From Anthoceros angustus (lineage: Eukaryota; Plantae; Anthocerotophyta): a DNA stretch of 64,000 bases. Positions 13,050-27,357 of this stretch are shown one piece after another. Every line of letters begins with the position of its first letter. The first letter of the stretch is position 1. The notes under the pieces were generated by a model that was not told where the DNA came from, did no database searches, and saw nothing but the letters and a program-made list of their open reading frames with translations. Both the position numbers and the translations under genes were made by a program. The DNA is taken from the NCBI GenBank assembly GCA_010909165.1, contig VJWM01000063.1:1488001-1552000 (forward strand), given 5' to 3'.

Positions 13050-14934
13050 TTAATAACCAAAACATCCAAAACTCATTAAAACAATCCTTCATTATCATAA
13101 AAGATTTTGTAGTCATATTGTTGAGGATCCGTTGTTAAGAAGTATAGGCCTTTTGCATCACGTGGGATGAGATTATTATGCCCATCGGCCACTATAGTGT
13201 TTGCAGCCATGTGGGCTGGTACATCATTTACTCCATGCTGCGGTCCGTGGTAGCCGAAAAATCGTCCATTCCCCATCACTCGTGTATTTGTGGACTTCCA
13301 TTAGTGTTTCACCTCCCATTGCATTTCAAGCAAGCCCATCTCGCAAAAGACCTTCAGATAGATATTATTTGGCCAATAACCTACTATGCCTCGATATATG
13401 ACCACACATCCGCAAAGTGGCACTAGCTCAGATCACAATCAACCCAATTTGTAAATAGGGTGAATGAACTTGCCACATTGGACAAATACATTAAAACTAT
13501 TCAAAGCTCTTGAAATAAAGAAGAATAGAATGATATAGTTATATATCACGATACCTGTTAATGCCAAGAGCATGCTTGTGCCATCATAATTACCGACAAA
13601 ACCACCACCAAGGACATAGGTTGCATCGGTTTGAATAAATCCAGGCATTGTAGATTGAAGCATCCTGTTGTTTGATAATTATCTCATATTAACACACAAC
13701 ACTTTATATTAGCTACTAAGTTTGAACTAACATGCATTACTAGTGAAGGAATGTTGCTTTCCATAGGAATCACTTATCGTCCAATAAATAAACAAATGAG
13801 GTTGTGCATCCGAAAACATTAATGGTTCCACCTATTTTTGAAGAAACAAGAAATTTCAAATGTTAGGTGCCTTCCACCAAAACGTTATTATATTTTCTTG
13901 GATTATAAAACTCTTTTGAGATTTGATTGATATGTTTATACTATAACATAAAGCAACATACTTACAATCCACCCCACTTCACCAGACATATTCATTATTG
14001 CGATGCTATAACCCAAATTTATAGATTGTACCATCTTGGTTTGTCATATCGCCGATATCAAAGACAAACGTTCCACCTCCATTCCACTTTCCCGGACTTG
14101 AAGCAACGACATACCGCATTTTATATCTACATATGTTAATGAATCTTGCATGCTTGTGTACGTATTTAACAATAGCTTCATGCTTGCTACATTGATCTAT
14201 CTAGTTCTCATTATCATGAGGACTTCATGGTTTGAGGTACTTACATGATGCGTGACCGATTGAACTTGGCCTAGAGCTCTTTGCGGCTTTATTTACTTTG
14301 TGCACGTTATCTCCTTTGCTAGTAGAATAGGTATAGTACCTTCTCGGACACGAACCAACTTCATGTCGACGGGCTCGGTTGCAAGAATATAGTTGTGATT
14401 CGCCTTTTGAGTTGATGTTGATGGTTTCTACGTAGTACGTGGAGCTAGTTTAGATCTTGAGCATCAAATGAAGACAAAGTATGCTAATGTTATAGTTACA
14501 TCTGCTTGAAATGAAAGCAACGAAAGCACACTTACTTGAATCACATGATCCTTAAAGCGTGGATCTTAGTGTTAGTTGGTGCTCAATCTTCACGCAATCT
14601 ACTATCGAACCATCCGTAAGTCGGAATCAATTCAAACATAAAAATAGCGAGTCGTTTAAGATACTAATGCAAAGAATGGTCAAGCCTAAAAAAAAAAACC
14701 TTAGAACCTTTAGTTAATATGAATAAAAATTCCCAATCAACAAGAATTGGGGAATCGATTTAAAATCTCACAAATTAAAGGAAAGTAAAAACATACGTTG
14801 TGTGTTTGGACAAATGGCAATGTACCATCTTTTGAAATAAAAGCTTCCTTTGTGCCTCAACCAACGCTTTTGCTTCCATAGCTAAAAAGGAACAAGAAGC
14901 TTGCCAATAGTAGGATTAGCCAAGTGTTAGACAT
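13050..14934 (-). CDS. Neprosin-family peptidase precursor, copy 3 (apparent indels)
   Basis: Same exon motifs. The ORF track shows fragments PGFIQTDATYVLGGGFVGNYDG and VMGNGRF...DPQQYDYKIF. Confidence 0.85.
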
Positions 14935-17900
14935 GGTGCTCAACTAGTCTTCACTAGGAAGTCTCGCATGTTAAAAGGAGCTTGAACATGAACTTGTAGC
15001 TAATTTAGAACAACTTTAACTCGACAATAATGTGAATAAGAGTGAAGCACACACACATATATAGACCATATCTAAAATTATTTGAACTTATCTCTTGGTA
15101 TACAATTGATCTTGATACATATATGTACACATGCATGTATCCAGATTCGAATTAGTTATGGATACAGTGGAAAATGCCCATGCGCAGAGAAGCTCAGCCT
15201 GATTTTTCTCTTAAGCTCGAATGGGCAGCTCTTGCGACTAGGCCGCTTGCAATTCAGCTATTGTGAAGCGCTTTTCCGCTAAGTTTGGTGATAAAACACT
15301 ACCCAAAAGTTTTAGTGTTTGAAGTTTGCCAAGGCATCATGAGCTCTATATCCAAAGGTCCTTACCCAAGCCTGCTACCATTTCTATAGACTATCTGCAT
15401 GCTTCCCTATTTTGATCATTGTACGATCCTTTGCGGACATCATACCGCTAATAGCTACCAATATTTTACATTACATCATGGTGTTGCAACATGTACATTC
15501 TCATGCCATATGTGAGCTTCCAAGAAAATCTCATACCCTTATGACCCTTTTTGAAGGTAAGCAATAGCTATGCCTCCGGCCGACAATGTATGCAATCACA
15601 GTTGATGTGTGTCCTTAAATCTTGGTTCAGATTTTTAGTTTCCACATTGAAGGTTTGTGTTATTTTGATAATACAAGATTCATGCATATAGTGTGATAGA
15701 TAAAGGAAATTGGCAATGAGGTGATTTTTGCAATTCCTACCTCGACTCGACACTCAACACACTTGAATGAATTGGCTCAACTGCATTCTCAATTGGAATG
15801 GAATGTCGATGATGGTGGTATGATGTATCAATTTCCATGTCCTCATTTTAAATGTCACAAACTTTCTAACGTTATTATGGATTTGGTCATAATGAGTCTT
15901 CATGTTGTAGAGGATTTGTTTGGGCATAAACACAAATCTTTATGACGGTCTCACTGCTGGTTAGATGTAAGCCCTAAAGGACTTAATCTACTCAAATTGA
16001 GTGGTTGTTCATGCGTTTTGGGCCTGTTTTTCCACATCCATTTTTACGCCGGACCTTTGAGCATAGCCTCGCAATGTGGAGAACATGTAGATTTTAGAGC
16101 GGACAAACGAACACCATCTCCATGCCCAACGGTGAGCTTGAAGGAGATTCTCAGAAGATGCAGTGGAACAAAGCCGGTACATGCTGAGGCCCACCATCAC
16201 AATGGCCCCTCTTCTTGAGCCACGATAGGAGCCCGCTAGACCGGTGGTCGATAAGGCCTCAACAACAAGGACGACGGCAATATCCGGTCAGACGCGTGTT
16301 GCTTGTTTAGGTCCGATCCTCGATGTGTTTTTAGAAATGGAGGTCGCATAGCTTAGTAGGACTAGCCCAATTTTTCTTTGGAAAATGTGATGGCCATGCT
16401 CTTGACTTTCAATTGTGCTCATTTTTGTGACAATGTCCATGGCCTTGCTAAGAATTCAATCCGTGATGAAGTTTGCTCAACCCAAGTCCTTGTCATTCCG
16501 CCACAAGTGAGGATGCTCGGGCCTTGTGACCTTGAAGGGTCAAAGGGCATTGGAAATTTGTGGAAATGTCATATAAGGCATTGCCTTGTTTCAAAAGAGA
16601 TGAGCTACATGCAACTGCACGGTGGTCATTGTGAGAGTGAGACCAGTGGTAATGATTTTTTAAAAATAAAATATACATAAATACATGATATTCACCGAAT
16701 GCCGTAAATGGACTTCGCCTTTAGGAGTTGAATTCAAGCTGCATGCCAAAGAGCATTTCAGTTCGTGAACATTCAAAGCATGACAATCTTCCTAAGTACG
16801 TTGTCGATGAGAAATGGGATCACAAAGAATGCAACGACGATTGCGATTGAAGCATAAGGAGCCAAAGCAAAGATTCGAGTTGCCGAGGCAACGAAGATGC
16901 GGAGATTGCAAACATCGGCATCCGGCGCCCACGGTCCCGAGCTCATCCCTTGCAACCGGTAGGTGGGAGAAAATCGCTTCCACAAGGTGACATCGGAATA
17001 GAATCACGCATGACAAGCATGGTCGTGAGTTTTGATCCAAGAAAATCTTGGCGGCGTGTCGCCGATCAAACCGGCGGTGACTTGACCTGCACCCACCGGT
17101 ATGGTGCTAGACTTGATGGAAAGGAGGTCTTGCGGTTGGATCCACCAAACCGATGTCGCACCGCAGATTCGACGATGTTGTGAGAACCAGATTGATAAAG
17201 CTCAAGAACTACCACCGGTTTGGCCTCCAATCGCGAACAACATTTGGTTGGATGTGGGATTGCTTGGGATCCGCAGGTGAATCAAGGTGATTGTGAAGTG
17301 TCGACAAAGCACCGCCAAGTTGGGGCCCAACTCCGGATATGGGCAAGGCATGACGCGTGCCCTCGCCGATGTCGTTGTCATGTGCTAGAGAGACCGTGGA
17401 ACCCACAAGGACTACCGCCCACTTTGTTGTAAAGACGCTTGTAGGTGTTGTCAACGACTAGTGCGCCAAATTTCGTGGTTCAAGTCGATGCATTACCACT
17501 TCTATCCCATGTTGGAATGGCTAGCCAATGCCACGAATACCCGAGGCCCACCAGCCCCTTGTAACTTCCAGTGTGGATGAAGAAACGAGTAAGCACAAGG
17601 CAAAATTTCAAAGGTCTATGTAAAACATCTCTCATCCCACGATGGTGAGACCATTATTGAAGCATTTGTTATGCTCTACATACAGAAAAATGATGCTCAG
17701 AACGCTCGTAATGAGGACATTTTAAGATTGATACATTATCGACCACGATCATCCAAATTCCATAAATTTTAATATAGAACATTCACCCACTGCAACATTC
17801 AAGTGCAACTCGATTTTATGGGAAACATTTCAAGCAAGCAATCTTGCCCATCCAGGTCCATAGACATGATAGGATCCTTGTGTGATGCTCCTCACTTTTT

Positions 17901-19257
17901 CATAGAGAAGCAGTCCTTGTGCACACGGCACAAAGGGCCACTTGCCCAACAAAATGTCCATACATTTGCAACATTATGAATCTAGCTTTCACTCTAGTAT
18001 CAAGCTTTGTCATGCTTAATCCATTGTGTCTCGATTCTTACTAGAGGAGGAGAAGGTGCGGATTGTGCTTGTATGAACACATTATTGGGGATCGCAAGCA
18101 TTTTAATGCAAGCGAAGCCCGCCACCATTGTAGGGTCTCTACATGTTGGGCTTCTCTATTTTGATCGGCATGCTTCTTTCCGGATAGCATATCCGATAGC
18201 TACTAGTGTTACATCGACATCATGGTGTTTCACGGTCCGTTGTTACAAAATGATGCTATGTGAGCTCACAAGAAAATCTTATGACTCATTTTCAAGGTAA
18301 GAGATAGTTCGCTCTTGGCGACTATGTCCCCACATATTGTTATAATCGACGTGTTGTCCTTGAGATCCTAATTATCTTCTTTATATCTAAGTTTTGTGTT
18401 ACTCGGTTGATTGTAATTACGGGATGCAAGCAAAACATTCAAGTTGAAGCTTTCCTAAGGTTTAGCTTTAATTTTCCGCTTTCTTTTACTTCAAGCATGC
18501 AGTGCCATTTGGTGGCTTAACTCACGCTCATACTCAAAGGCTTCTGTGTTTGTTGCAAATGCTAGTAAGCTCCAGACATTGTGAGCAATCACGGTGGTAT
18601 GTCGCACCTTGTAAGTCGGCGGCTTAATTTTGGTAATAAAAATAAATCGAACATTGGGGATTTTGCAAGGTTCTAATTCCCTTAAAAATATGTCTTCATG
18701 GGCATGAACCATTTCATGGTGTTTTTGGTGTTTTATTTAAAAGTTGACTCACAAAGTTTCTATAGACCGTTAATCGGGTTAGAGGACAAAAGCCCTCCAA
18801 GGAATCAGTCCGGCGCGCAAGATATCCTCTACGTGATCATATGGTGCGAAACTTGCTTTCAATTAAGTTTAGACAAGAATGAACCTGTAACTTGAAGGAG
18901 AAGTTTTGAAAAATAGATTTGTCTACAAGAAATCCAACGCGTTATGTGTGTTAAAGTGTAAGCAAGTTGTACACAAGTTTCATCTCAAACGAATGGATGT
19001 ATTTATTTATTTTGGCCTACTATATTTTTTGTTAGGATAAATAAAATAGATCAATCATAATTTATGATAGAAACTAGAAATACATCTACTCTCTCAAGTA
19101 TCGGTTTTGATGATGTATATGAAAAGGCTATAGCTTTGTCACCAAATTACGTTGATTTAAAATCAAACAAATCGACATTACAACATTACTTTTTGTAAGC
19201 CCAAACATGGATGCAAATTAAGAAAAAATAGCCCCTTCGTGATTACGGATAATCTGG

Positions 19258-21153
19258 TTAATAACCAGGCCACCAAAACATCCAAGTACCTCCGCTAAAC
19301 AATCACTACCTTCATTATCATAAAAGATTTTGTAGTCATATTGTTGAGGATCCGTTGTTAAGAAGTATAGGCCTTTTGCATCACGTGGGATGAGATTATT
19401 ATGCCCATCGGCCACTATAGTGTGCATTGCACCATGTGGTGGTACATCATTTACTCCACATGTTGTCGGGTCCCGTGGCGTAACCAAATCGCCCATTCCC
19501 CATCACTACGCAGGACTGGACTTCCCATTAGTGTGTTCACCTCCCATTGCATTTCGAGCAAGCCCATCTAAAAGACCTTCAGATAGATATTATTTGGCCA
19601 ATAACCTACTATGCCCTCGATATATACCACACATCCGCGGTGGCACTAGCCTCAGATCACAAATCAACCCAATTTGTAAATAGGGTGAATGAACTTGCCA
19701 CATTGGACAAATACATTAAAACTATTCAAAGCTCTTGAAATAAAGAAGAATAGAATGATATAGTTATATATCACGATACCTTGTTAATGCAAGAGCATGT
19801 TGTGCCATCATAATTACCACAAAACCACCACCAAGGACATAGGTTGCATCGGTTTGAATAAATCCAGGGCATTGTAGATTGAAGCATCCCGTTGTTTGAT
19901 AATTATCTGTCAGACACACACAACACTTTATATTAGCTACTAAGTTTGAACTAACATGCATTACTAGTGAAGGAATGTTGCTTTCCATAGAATCACTTCA
20001 TCACCAATAAATAAACAAATGAGGTTGTGCATCCGAAAACATTAATGGTTCCACCTATTTTTGAAGAAACAAGAAATTTCAAATGTTAGGTGCCTTCCAC
20101 CAAAACGTTATTATATTTTCTTGGATTATAAAACTTTTGAGATTTGATTGATATGTTTATAATACTATAACATAAAGCAACATACTTACAATCCACTTCT
20201 CAGATTACATTATTATTGCCTGATGCTATAACCCAAATTTGCGTAGATTGTACCATCTTGGTTTGTCATATCGCCTTGAGGATTCCAAAGACTAATACGC
20301 TTCCACCTCCATTCCACTTTCCTCGGACTTGAAGCAACGACATACGCATTTTATATCTACATATGTTAATGAATCTTGCATGCTTGTGTGTATTTAACAA
20401 TAGCTTCATGCTTGCTACATTGATCTATCTAGTTCTCATTATCATGAGGACTTCATGGTTTGAGGTACTTACATGATGCGACCGATTGAACTTGGCCTAG
20501 AGCTCTTTTTGCGGCTTCGTATTTACTTTGTGCACGTTATCTCCTTTGCTTGCACGAATAGGTATAGTACCTTCCGGACACGAACCAACTTCATGTTGAT
20601 AGAGCTGACCCGTGTTGCGAACATAGTTGTGATTCGCCTTTTGAGTTGATGTTGATGGTTTCACGTAGTACGTGGAGCTATTTTAGATCTTGAGCATCAA
20701 ATGAAGACAAAGTATGCTAATGTTATAGTTACATCCGCTTGAAATGAAAGCCATAACGAGCACACTTACTTGAATCACATGATCCCAAAGCGTGGATCTC
20801 GAGTGTTAGTTGGTGCTCAATCTTCACGCAATCTACTATCGAACCATCCGTAAGTGGAATCAATTCAAACATAAAAATAGCTTTAAGATACTAATGCAAA
20901 GAATGGTCAAGCCTAAAAAAAAACCTTAGAACCTTTAGTTAATATGAATAAAAATTCCCAATCAACAAGAATTGGGGAATCGATTTAAAATCTCACAAAT
21001 TAAAGGAAAGTAAAAACATACGTTGTGTGTTTGGACAAATGGCAATGTACCATCTTTTGAAATAAAAGCTTTCCTTTCAACCAACGCTTTGCTTCCATAG
21101 CTAAAAAGGAACAAGAAGCTTGCCAATAGTAGGATTAGCCAAGTGTTAGACAT
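19258..21153 (-). CDS. Neprosin-family peptidase precursor, copy 4 (apparent indels)
   Basis: ORF fragments MSNTWLILLLASFLFLFSYGSKALVE, DNYQTTGCFNLQCPGFIQTDATYVLGGG and HTIVADGHNNLIPRD. Confidence 0.85.
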
Positions 21154-24100
21154 GGTGGAACTAGTCTTCACTAGGAAGTCTCACGAAAAGGAGCTTGAAC
21201 ATGAACTTGTAGCTAATTTAGAACAACTTTAACTCTGGACAATAATGTGAATAAGAGTGAAGCACACACACACATATATAGACCATATCTAAAATTATTT
21301 CTTGAACTTATCTCTTGGTATACAATTGATCTTGATACATATATGTACACATGCATGTGCGTGCTGAATTAGTTATGGATCAGGGAAAATGCCCATGCGC
21401 AGAAGCCGCTGATTTTTCTTAAGCTTAATGGGCGCAGCTCTTGCGACTAGCTGTAATAGCTAATATTGTGAAGCGCTTTTCATTACAGTTTGGTGATAAA
21501 ACACTACCCAAAAGTTTTAGTGTTTGAAGTTTGCCAAGGCATCATGAGCTCACATATCCAAAGGTCCTTACCCAAGCCTGCTACCATTTCTATAGACTAT
21601 CTCGCATGTTGGGCTTCCCTATTTTGATCATTGGCACGATCCTTTGCGGACATCATACCGCTAATAGCTACCAATATTTTACATTACATCATGGTGTTGC
21701 AATGATGTACATTCTCATGCCATATGTGAGCTTCCAAGAAAATCTCATACCCTTATGACCCTTTTGAAGGTAAGCAATAGCTATGCTCCGGCCGACAATG
21801 TATGCATTACATTGATGTGTGTCCTTGAAATCTTGGTTCAGATGTTTTAGTTTCCACATTGAAGGTTTGTGTTATTTTGATAATACAAGATCACATGCAT
21901 ATAGTGTGATAGACAAAAAGGAAATTGGCAATGAGGTGATTTTGCAATTCCTACCTCGGACTCGACACTCAACACACTTGAATGCCGCACTGCTCAACCG
22001 TTCTCAATTGGAGTGGAATGTCGATGATGGTGGTATGATGTATCAATTTCCATGTCCTCATTTTAAATGTCACAAACTTTCTAACGTTATTATGGATTTG
22101 GTCATAATGAGTCTTCATGTTGTAGAGGATTTGTTTGGGCATAAACACAAATCTTTAATGATCTCACTGTTGGTTAGATGTAAGCCCTAAAGGACGAATC
22201 TACTCAAATTGAGTGGTTGTCATGCTTTGGGCCCTGTGTTTTTCCACATCCATTTTTACGCTTTGAGCATATATGTGCCTGCAATGTGGAGAACATGTAG
22301 ATTTTAGAGGACAAACGAACACCATCTCCATGCCCAACGCTTGAAGGGAGATTCGTAAGATGCGTGGAACAAAGTGCAAATGCTGGCCGAGGGCCCAAAT
22401 GCATCACAATGGCCCTCTTCTTGAGCCTCTAGCTAGAGCCCTCGCTAGACCGTGGTCGATAAGGCCTCAACTGGTGACGCACGGCAATATCCGGTCGTGG
22501 GTGCGTGTTGCGTTTAGGTCGACGATGTGTTTTTAGAAATGGAGGTCACCGCATAGCTTAGTAGGACTAGCCCAATTTTTCTTTGGAAAATGTGATGGCC
22601 ATGCTCTTGACTTTCAATTGTGCTCATTTTTGTGACAATGTCCATGGCCTTGCTAAGAATTGAATCCGTGATGAAGTTTGCTCAACCCAAGTCCTTGTCA
22701 TTCGCTGCCACAAGTGAGGATGTCACTGGCCTTGTGACCTATGAAGGGTCAAGGGCATTGGAAATTTGTGGAAATGTCATATAAGGCATTGCCTTGTTTC
22801 AAAAGAGATGAGCGATACATGCAATGCACAGTGGTCATTGTGAGAGTGAGACTGTGGTAATGATTTTTTAAAAAATAAAATATACATAAATACATGATAT
22901 TCACCACGAATGCGAAAATGGACTTCGTCCTTTAGGAGTTGAATTCGCAAGCCTGCATGCCAAAGAGCCAGTTCGTGAACATTCAAAGCCCGGGCGCACA
23001 ATCTTCCTAAGCACGTTGTCGACGGAGAAATGGGATCACAAAGAATGCAACGATTGCGATTGTAGCATAAGGAGCCAAAGCAAGATTCGAGTTGCCGAGG
23101 CAACGAAGATGCGGAGATTGCAAACATCGGCATCCGCGCCCACCGGTCCTCGAGCTCATCGGCGACCGAACCGGTAGGTGGGAGAAATATCGCTCCACAA
23201 GGTGACCGGAATAGAATCACGCATGGGCATGGTCGTGAGTTTTGATCCAAGAAAATCTTGGCGGCGTGTCTGTCGATCAAATCAAGGGGTGACACCTGCA
23301 CCCAATCGGTATGGTGCTAGACTTGATGGAAAGGAGGTCTTGCTCGGGTTGGATCCACCAAACCGGATGTCGCCGCAGATTCAGCATGTTGTGAGAACCA
23401 TTGATAAAGCTCAAGAACTACCACCGGTTTGGCCTCCAATCGTGAACAACATTTGGTTGGATGTGGGATTGCTTGGGATCCGCAGGTGAATCGGAAGGTG
23501 ATTGTGAAGTCTGTCGCAGATGACCGCCCGAAGTTGGGGTAGCCCAACTTCCGGATATGGGCGAGCATGACGCGCGGGCCCTCACGCCGATGTCGTTGTC
23601 ATGTGCTAGAGAGACCGTGGAACCCACAAGGACTACCGCTGCCCACTTTGTTGTAAAGACGCGTCTGTGGTGTTGTCAAGCGACTAGTGCGCCTCCGTGG
23701 TCGTGTTCAAGTCGATGCATTACCACTTCTATCCCATGTTGGAATGGCTAGCTTGCCAATGCCACTTAATGAGGCCCACCAGCCTTGTAACTTCCAGCCG
23801 GATGAAGAAACGAAAGCACAAGGCAAAATTCAAAGGTCTAAGTGCTATGCGTAAAACATCTCTCATCCCACGATGGTGAGACCATTATTGAAGCATTTGT
23901 TATGCTCTAACAAAGAGAAAATGATGAACGCCTGTAATGAGGACATTTTAAGATTGATACATTATCACCACGATCATCCAAATTCCATAAATTTTAATAT
24001 AGAACATTCGACCCACTCGCAACATTCAAGTGCAACCCGATTTTATGGGAAACATTCAAGCAAGCAATCTTGCCCATCCAGGTCCATAGACGGCGATAGG

Positions 24101-25461
24101 ATCCTTGTGTGATGCTCCTCACTTTTTCATAGAGAAATCTTGTGCACACGGCACAAAGGGCCACTTGCCCAACAAAATGTCCATACATTTGCAACATTAT
24201 GAATCTAGCTTTCTCTAGTATCAAGCTTTGTCATGCTTAATCCATTGTGTCGATTCTTACTAGAGGGAGGAGAAGCGGATGCTTGTATGAACACATTATC
24301 ACTGTGGACCGCAAGCATTTTAATGCAAGCAAGCCCACCATTCCGTAGGGTCTCTACATGTTGGGCTTCTTTTGATCTGGCATGCTTCTTTCCGGATAGC
24401 ATACCCGCGCTACTAGTGTTACATCGACATCATGGTGTTTCACCAGGTTACAAAATGATGCGATATGTGAGCTCACAAGAAAATCTTATGACTCATTTTC
24501 AAGGTAAGAGATAGTCGCTAATGACTATGTCCCCACATATTGTTACACCGACGTGTTGTCCTTCGAGATCCTAGTTATCTTCTTTATATCTAAGTTTTGT
24601 GTTACTCGGTTGATTGTAACTACAGGATGCAAGCAAAAACATTCAAGCTTTCGCTTTTAAGGTTTAGCTTTAATTTTCCGCTTTCTTTTACTTCCAAGCA
24701 TATGTTGAGGCCATTTGGTGGCTTAACTCACGCTCATACTCAAAGGCTTGTGTTTGTTGCAAATGCTAGTAAGCTCAGACATTGTGAGCACACGGTATGT
24801 CGTGACCTTGTAAGTCTGCTTAATTTTGGTAATAAAAATAAATCGAACATTGGGGATTTTGCAAGGTTCTAATTCTTAAAAATATGTCTTCATGGGCATG
24901 AACCAGCCTCCATGGTGTTTTTGGTGTTTTATTTAAAAGTTGACTCACAAAGTTTCTATAGACCGGTTCAAGGGTTAGAGGACAAAAGCCCTCCAAGGAA
25001 TCGGTCAAGTGCTAAGATATCCTCTACGTGATCATATGGTGCAAACTTGCTTTCAATTAAGTTTAGACAAGAATGAACCTGTGTAACTTGAAGGAGAAGT
25101 TTTGAAAAAATAGATTTGTCTACAAGAAATCCAACGCTTATGTGTGTTAAAGTGTAAGCAAGTTGTACACATAAGTTTCATCTCAAACGAATGATGATGT
25201 ATTTATTTATTTTGGCCTACTATATTTTTTGTTAGGATAAATAAAATAGATCAATCATAATTTATGATAGAAACTAGAAATACATCTACTGCTCAAGTAT
25301 CGGTTTTGATGATGTATATGAAAAGGCTAGAGCTTTGTCACCAAATTACGTTGATTTAAAATCAAACAAATCGACATTACAACATTACTTTTTTGTAAGC
25401 CCAAACAGTGGATGCAAATTAAGAAAAATAGCCCCTTTCTTCGTGGATTACGGATAATCTG

Positions 25462-27357
25462 TTAATAACCAGGCCACCAAAAACATCCAAGTACTCCAAA
25501 CAATCACTACCTTCATTATCATAAAAGATTTTGTAGTCATATTGTTGAGGATCCGTTGTTAAGAAGTATAGGCCTTTTGCATCACGTGGGATGAGATTAT
25601 TATGCCCATCGCCACTATAGTGTGCATTGCAGCCATGTGGGCTGGTACATCATTTACTCCACATGTCCTGCCGGCCGAACCAAATCGTCCATTCCCCATC
25701 ACGCGTGACTGGACTTCCCATTAGTGTTTCACCTCCCATTGCATTTCAAGAGCAAGCCCATCTCGCAAAAGACCTTCAGATAGATATTATTTTGGCCAAT
25801 AACCTACCTATGCCCTCGACATACACATCCGCAGTGGCACTAGCTCAGATTACAAATCAACCCAATTTGTAAATAGGGTGAATGAACTTGCCACATTGGA
25901 CAAATACATTAAAACTATTCAAAGCTCTTGAAATAAAGAAGAATAGAATGATATAGTTATATATCACGATACCTTGTTAATGCCAAGAGCATGCTTGTGC
26001 CATCAATTACCGACAAAACCACCACCAAGGACATAGGTTGCATCGGTTTTGAATAAATCCAGGCATTGTAGATTGAAGCATCCTGTTGTTTGATAATTAT
26101 CTCATGTATTAACACACAACACTTTATATTAGCTCAAGTTTTGAACTAACATGCATTACTAGTGAAGGAATGTTGCTTTCCATAGGAATCACTTATCATT
26201 CAATAAAATAAACAAATGAGGTTGTGCATCCGAAAACATTAATGGTTCCACCTATTTTTTGAAGAAACAAGAAATTTCAAATGTTAGGTGCCTTCCACCA
26301 AAACGTTATTATATTTTCTTGGATTATAAAACTCTTTTGAGATTTGATTGATATGTTTATAATACTATAACATAAAGCAACATACTTACAATCCACCCCA
26401 CTTCAGACACATTATTGCCTGATGCTATAACCCAAATTTGCGGATTGTACCATCTTGGTTTGTCATATCGCTTGAGGATTCCAAAGACTAATACGTTCCA
26501 CCTCCATTCCACTTTCCGGACTTGAAGCAACGACATACGCATTTTATATCTACATATGTTAATGAATCTTGCATGCTTGTGTACGATTTAATAGCTTCAT
26601 GCTTGCTACATTGATCTATCTAGTTCTCATTATCATGAGGACTTCATGGTTTGAGGTACATGATGCGTGACCGATTGAACTTGGCCTAGAGCTTTTTGCG
26701 GCTTCAGATTTACTTTGTGCACGTTATCTCCTTTGCTTGCACGTAGAATAGGTATAGTACCTTGGACACGAACCAACTTCATGTTGATAGAGTACGGCTC
26801 GTGTTGCGAACATAGTTGTGATTCGCCTTTTGAGTTGATGTTGATGGTTTCTACGAGTACGTGGAGCTAGTTTAGATCTTGAGCATCAAATGAAGACAAA
26901 GTATGCTAATGTTATAGTTACATCTGCTTGAAATGAAAGCCATAACGAAAGCACACTTACTTGAATCACATGATCCTTAAAGCGTGGATCTCGTAGTGTT
27001 AGTTGGTGCTCAATCTTCACGCAATCTACTATCGAACCATCCGAAGTCGGAATCAATTCAAACATAAAAATAGCGAGTCGCTTTTAAGATACTAATGCAA
27101 AGAATGGTGCAAAAAAAAAACCTTAGAACCTTTAGTTAATATGAATAAAAATTCCCAATCAACAAGAATTGGGGAATCGATTTAAAATCTCACAAATTAA
27201 AGGAAAGTAAAAACATACGTTGTGTGTTTGGACAAATGGCAATGTACCATCTTTTGAAATAAAAGCTTTCCTTTGTGCCTCAACCAACGCTTTTGCTTCC
27301 ATAGCTAAAAAGGAACAAGAAGCTTGCCAATAGTAGGATTAGCCAAGTGTTAGACAT
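25462..27357 (-). CDS. Neprosin-family peptidase precursor, copy 5 (apparent indels)
   Basis: ORF fragment QIWVIASGNNVSEVGWI contains the first catalytic Glu motif; the other exons match copy 1. Confidence 0.85.
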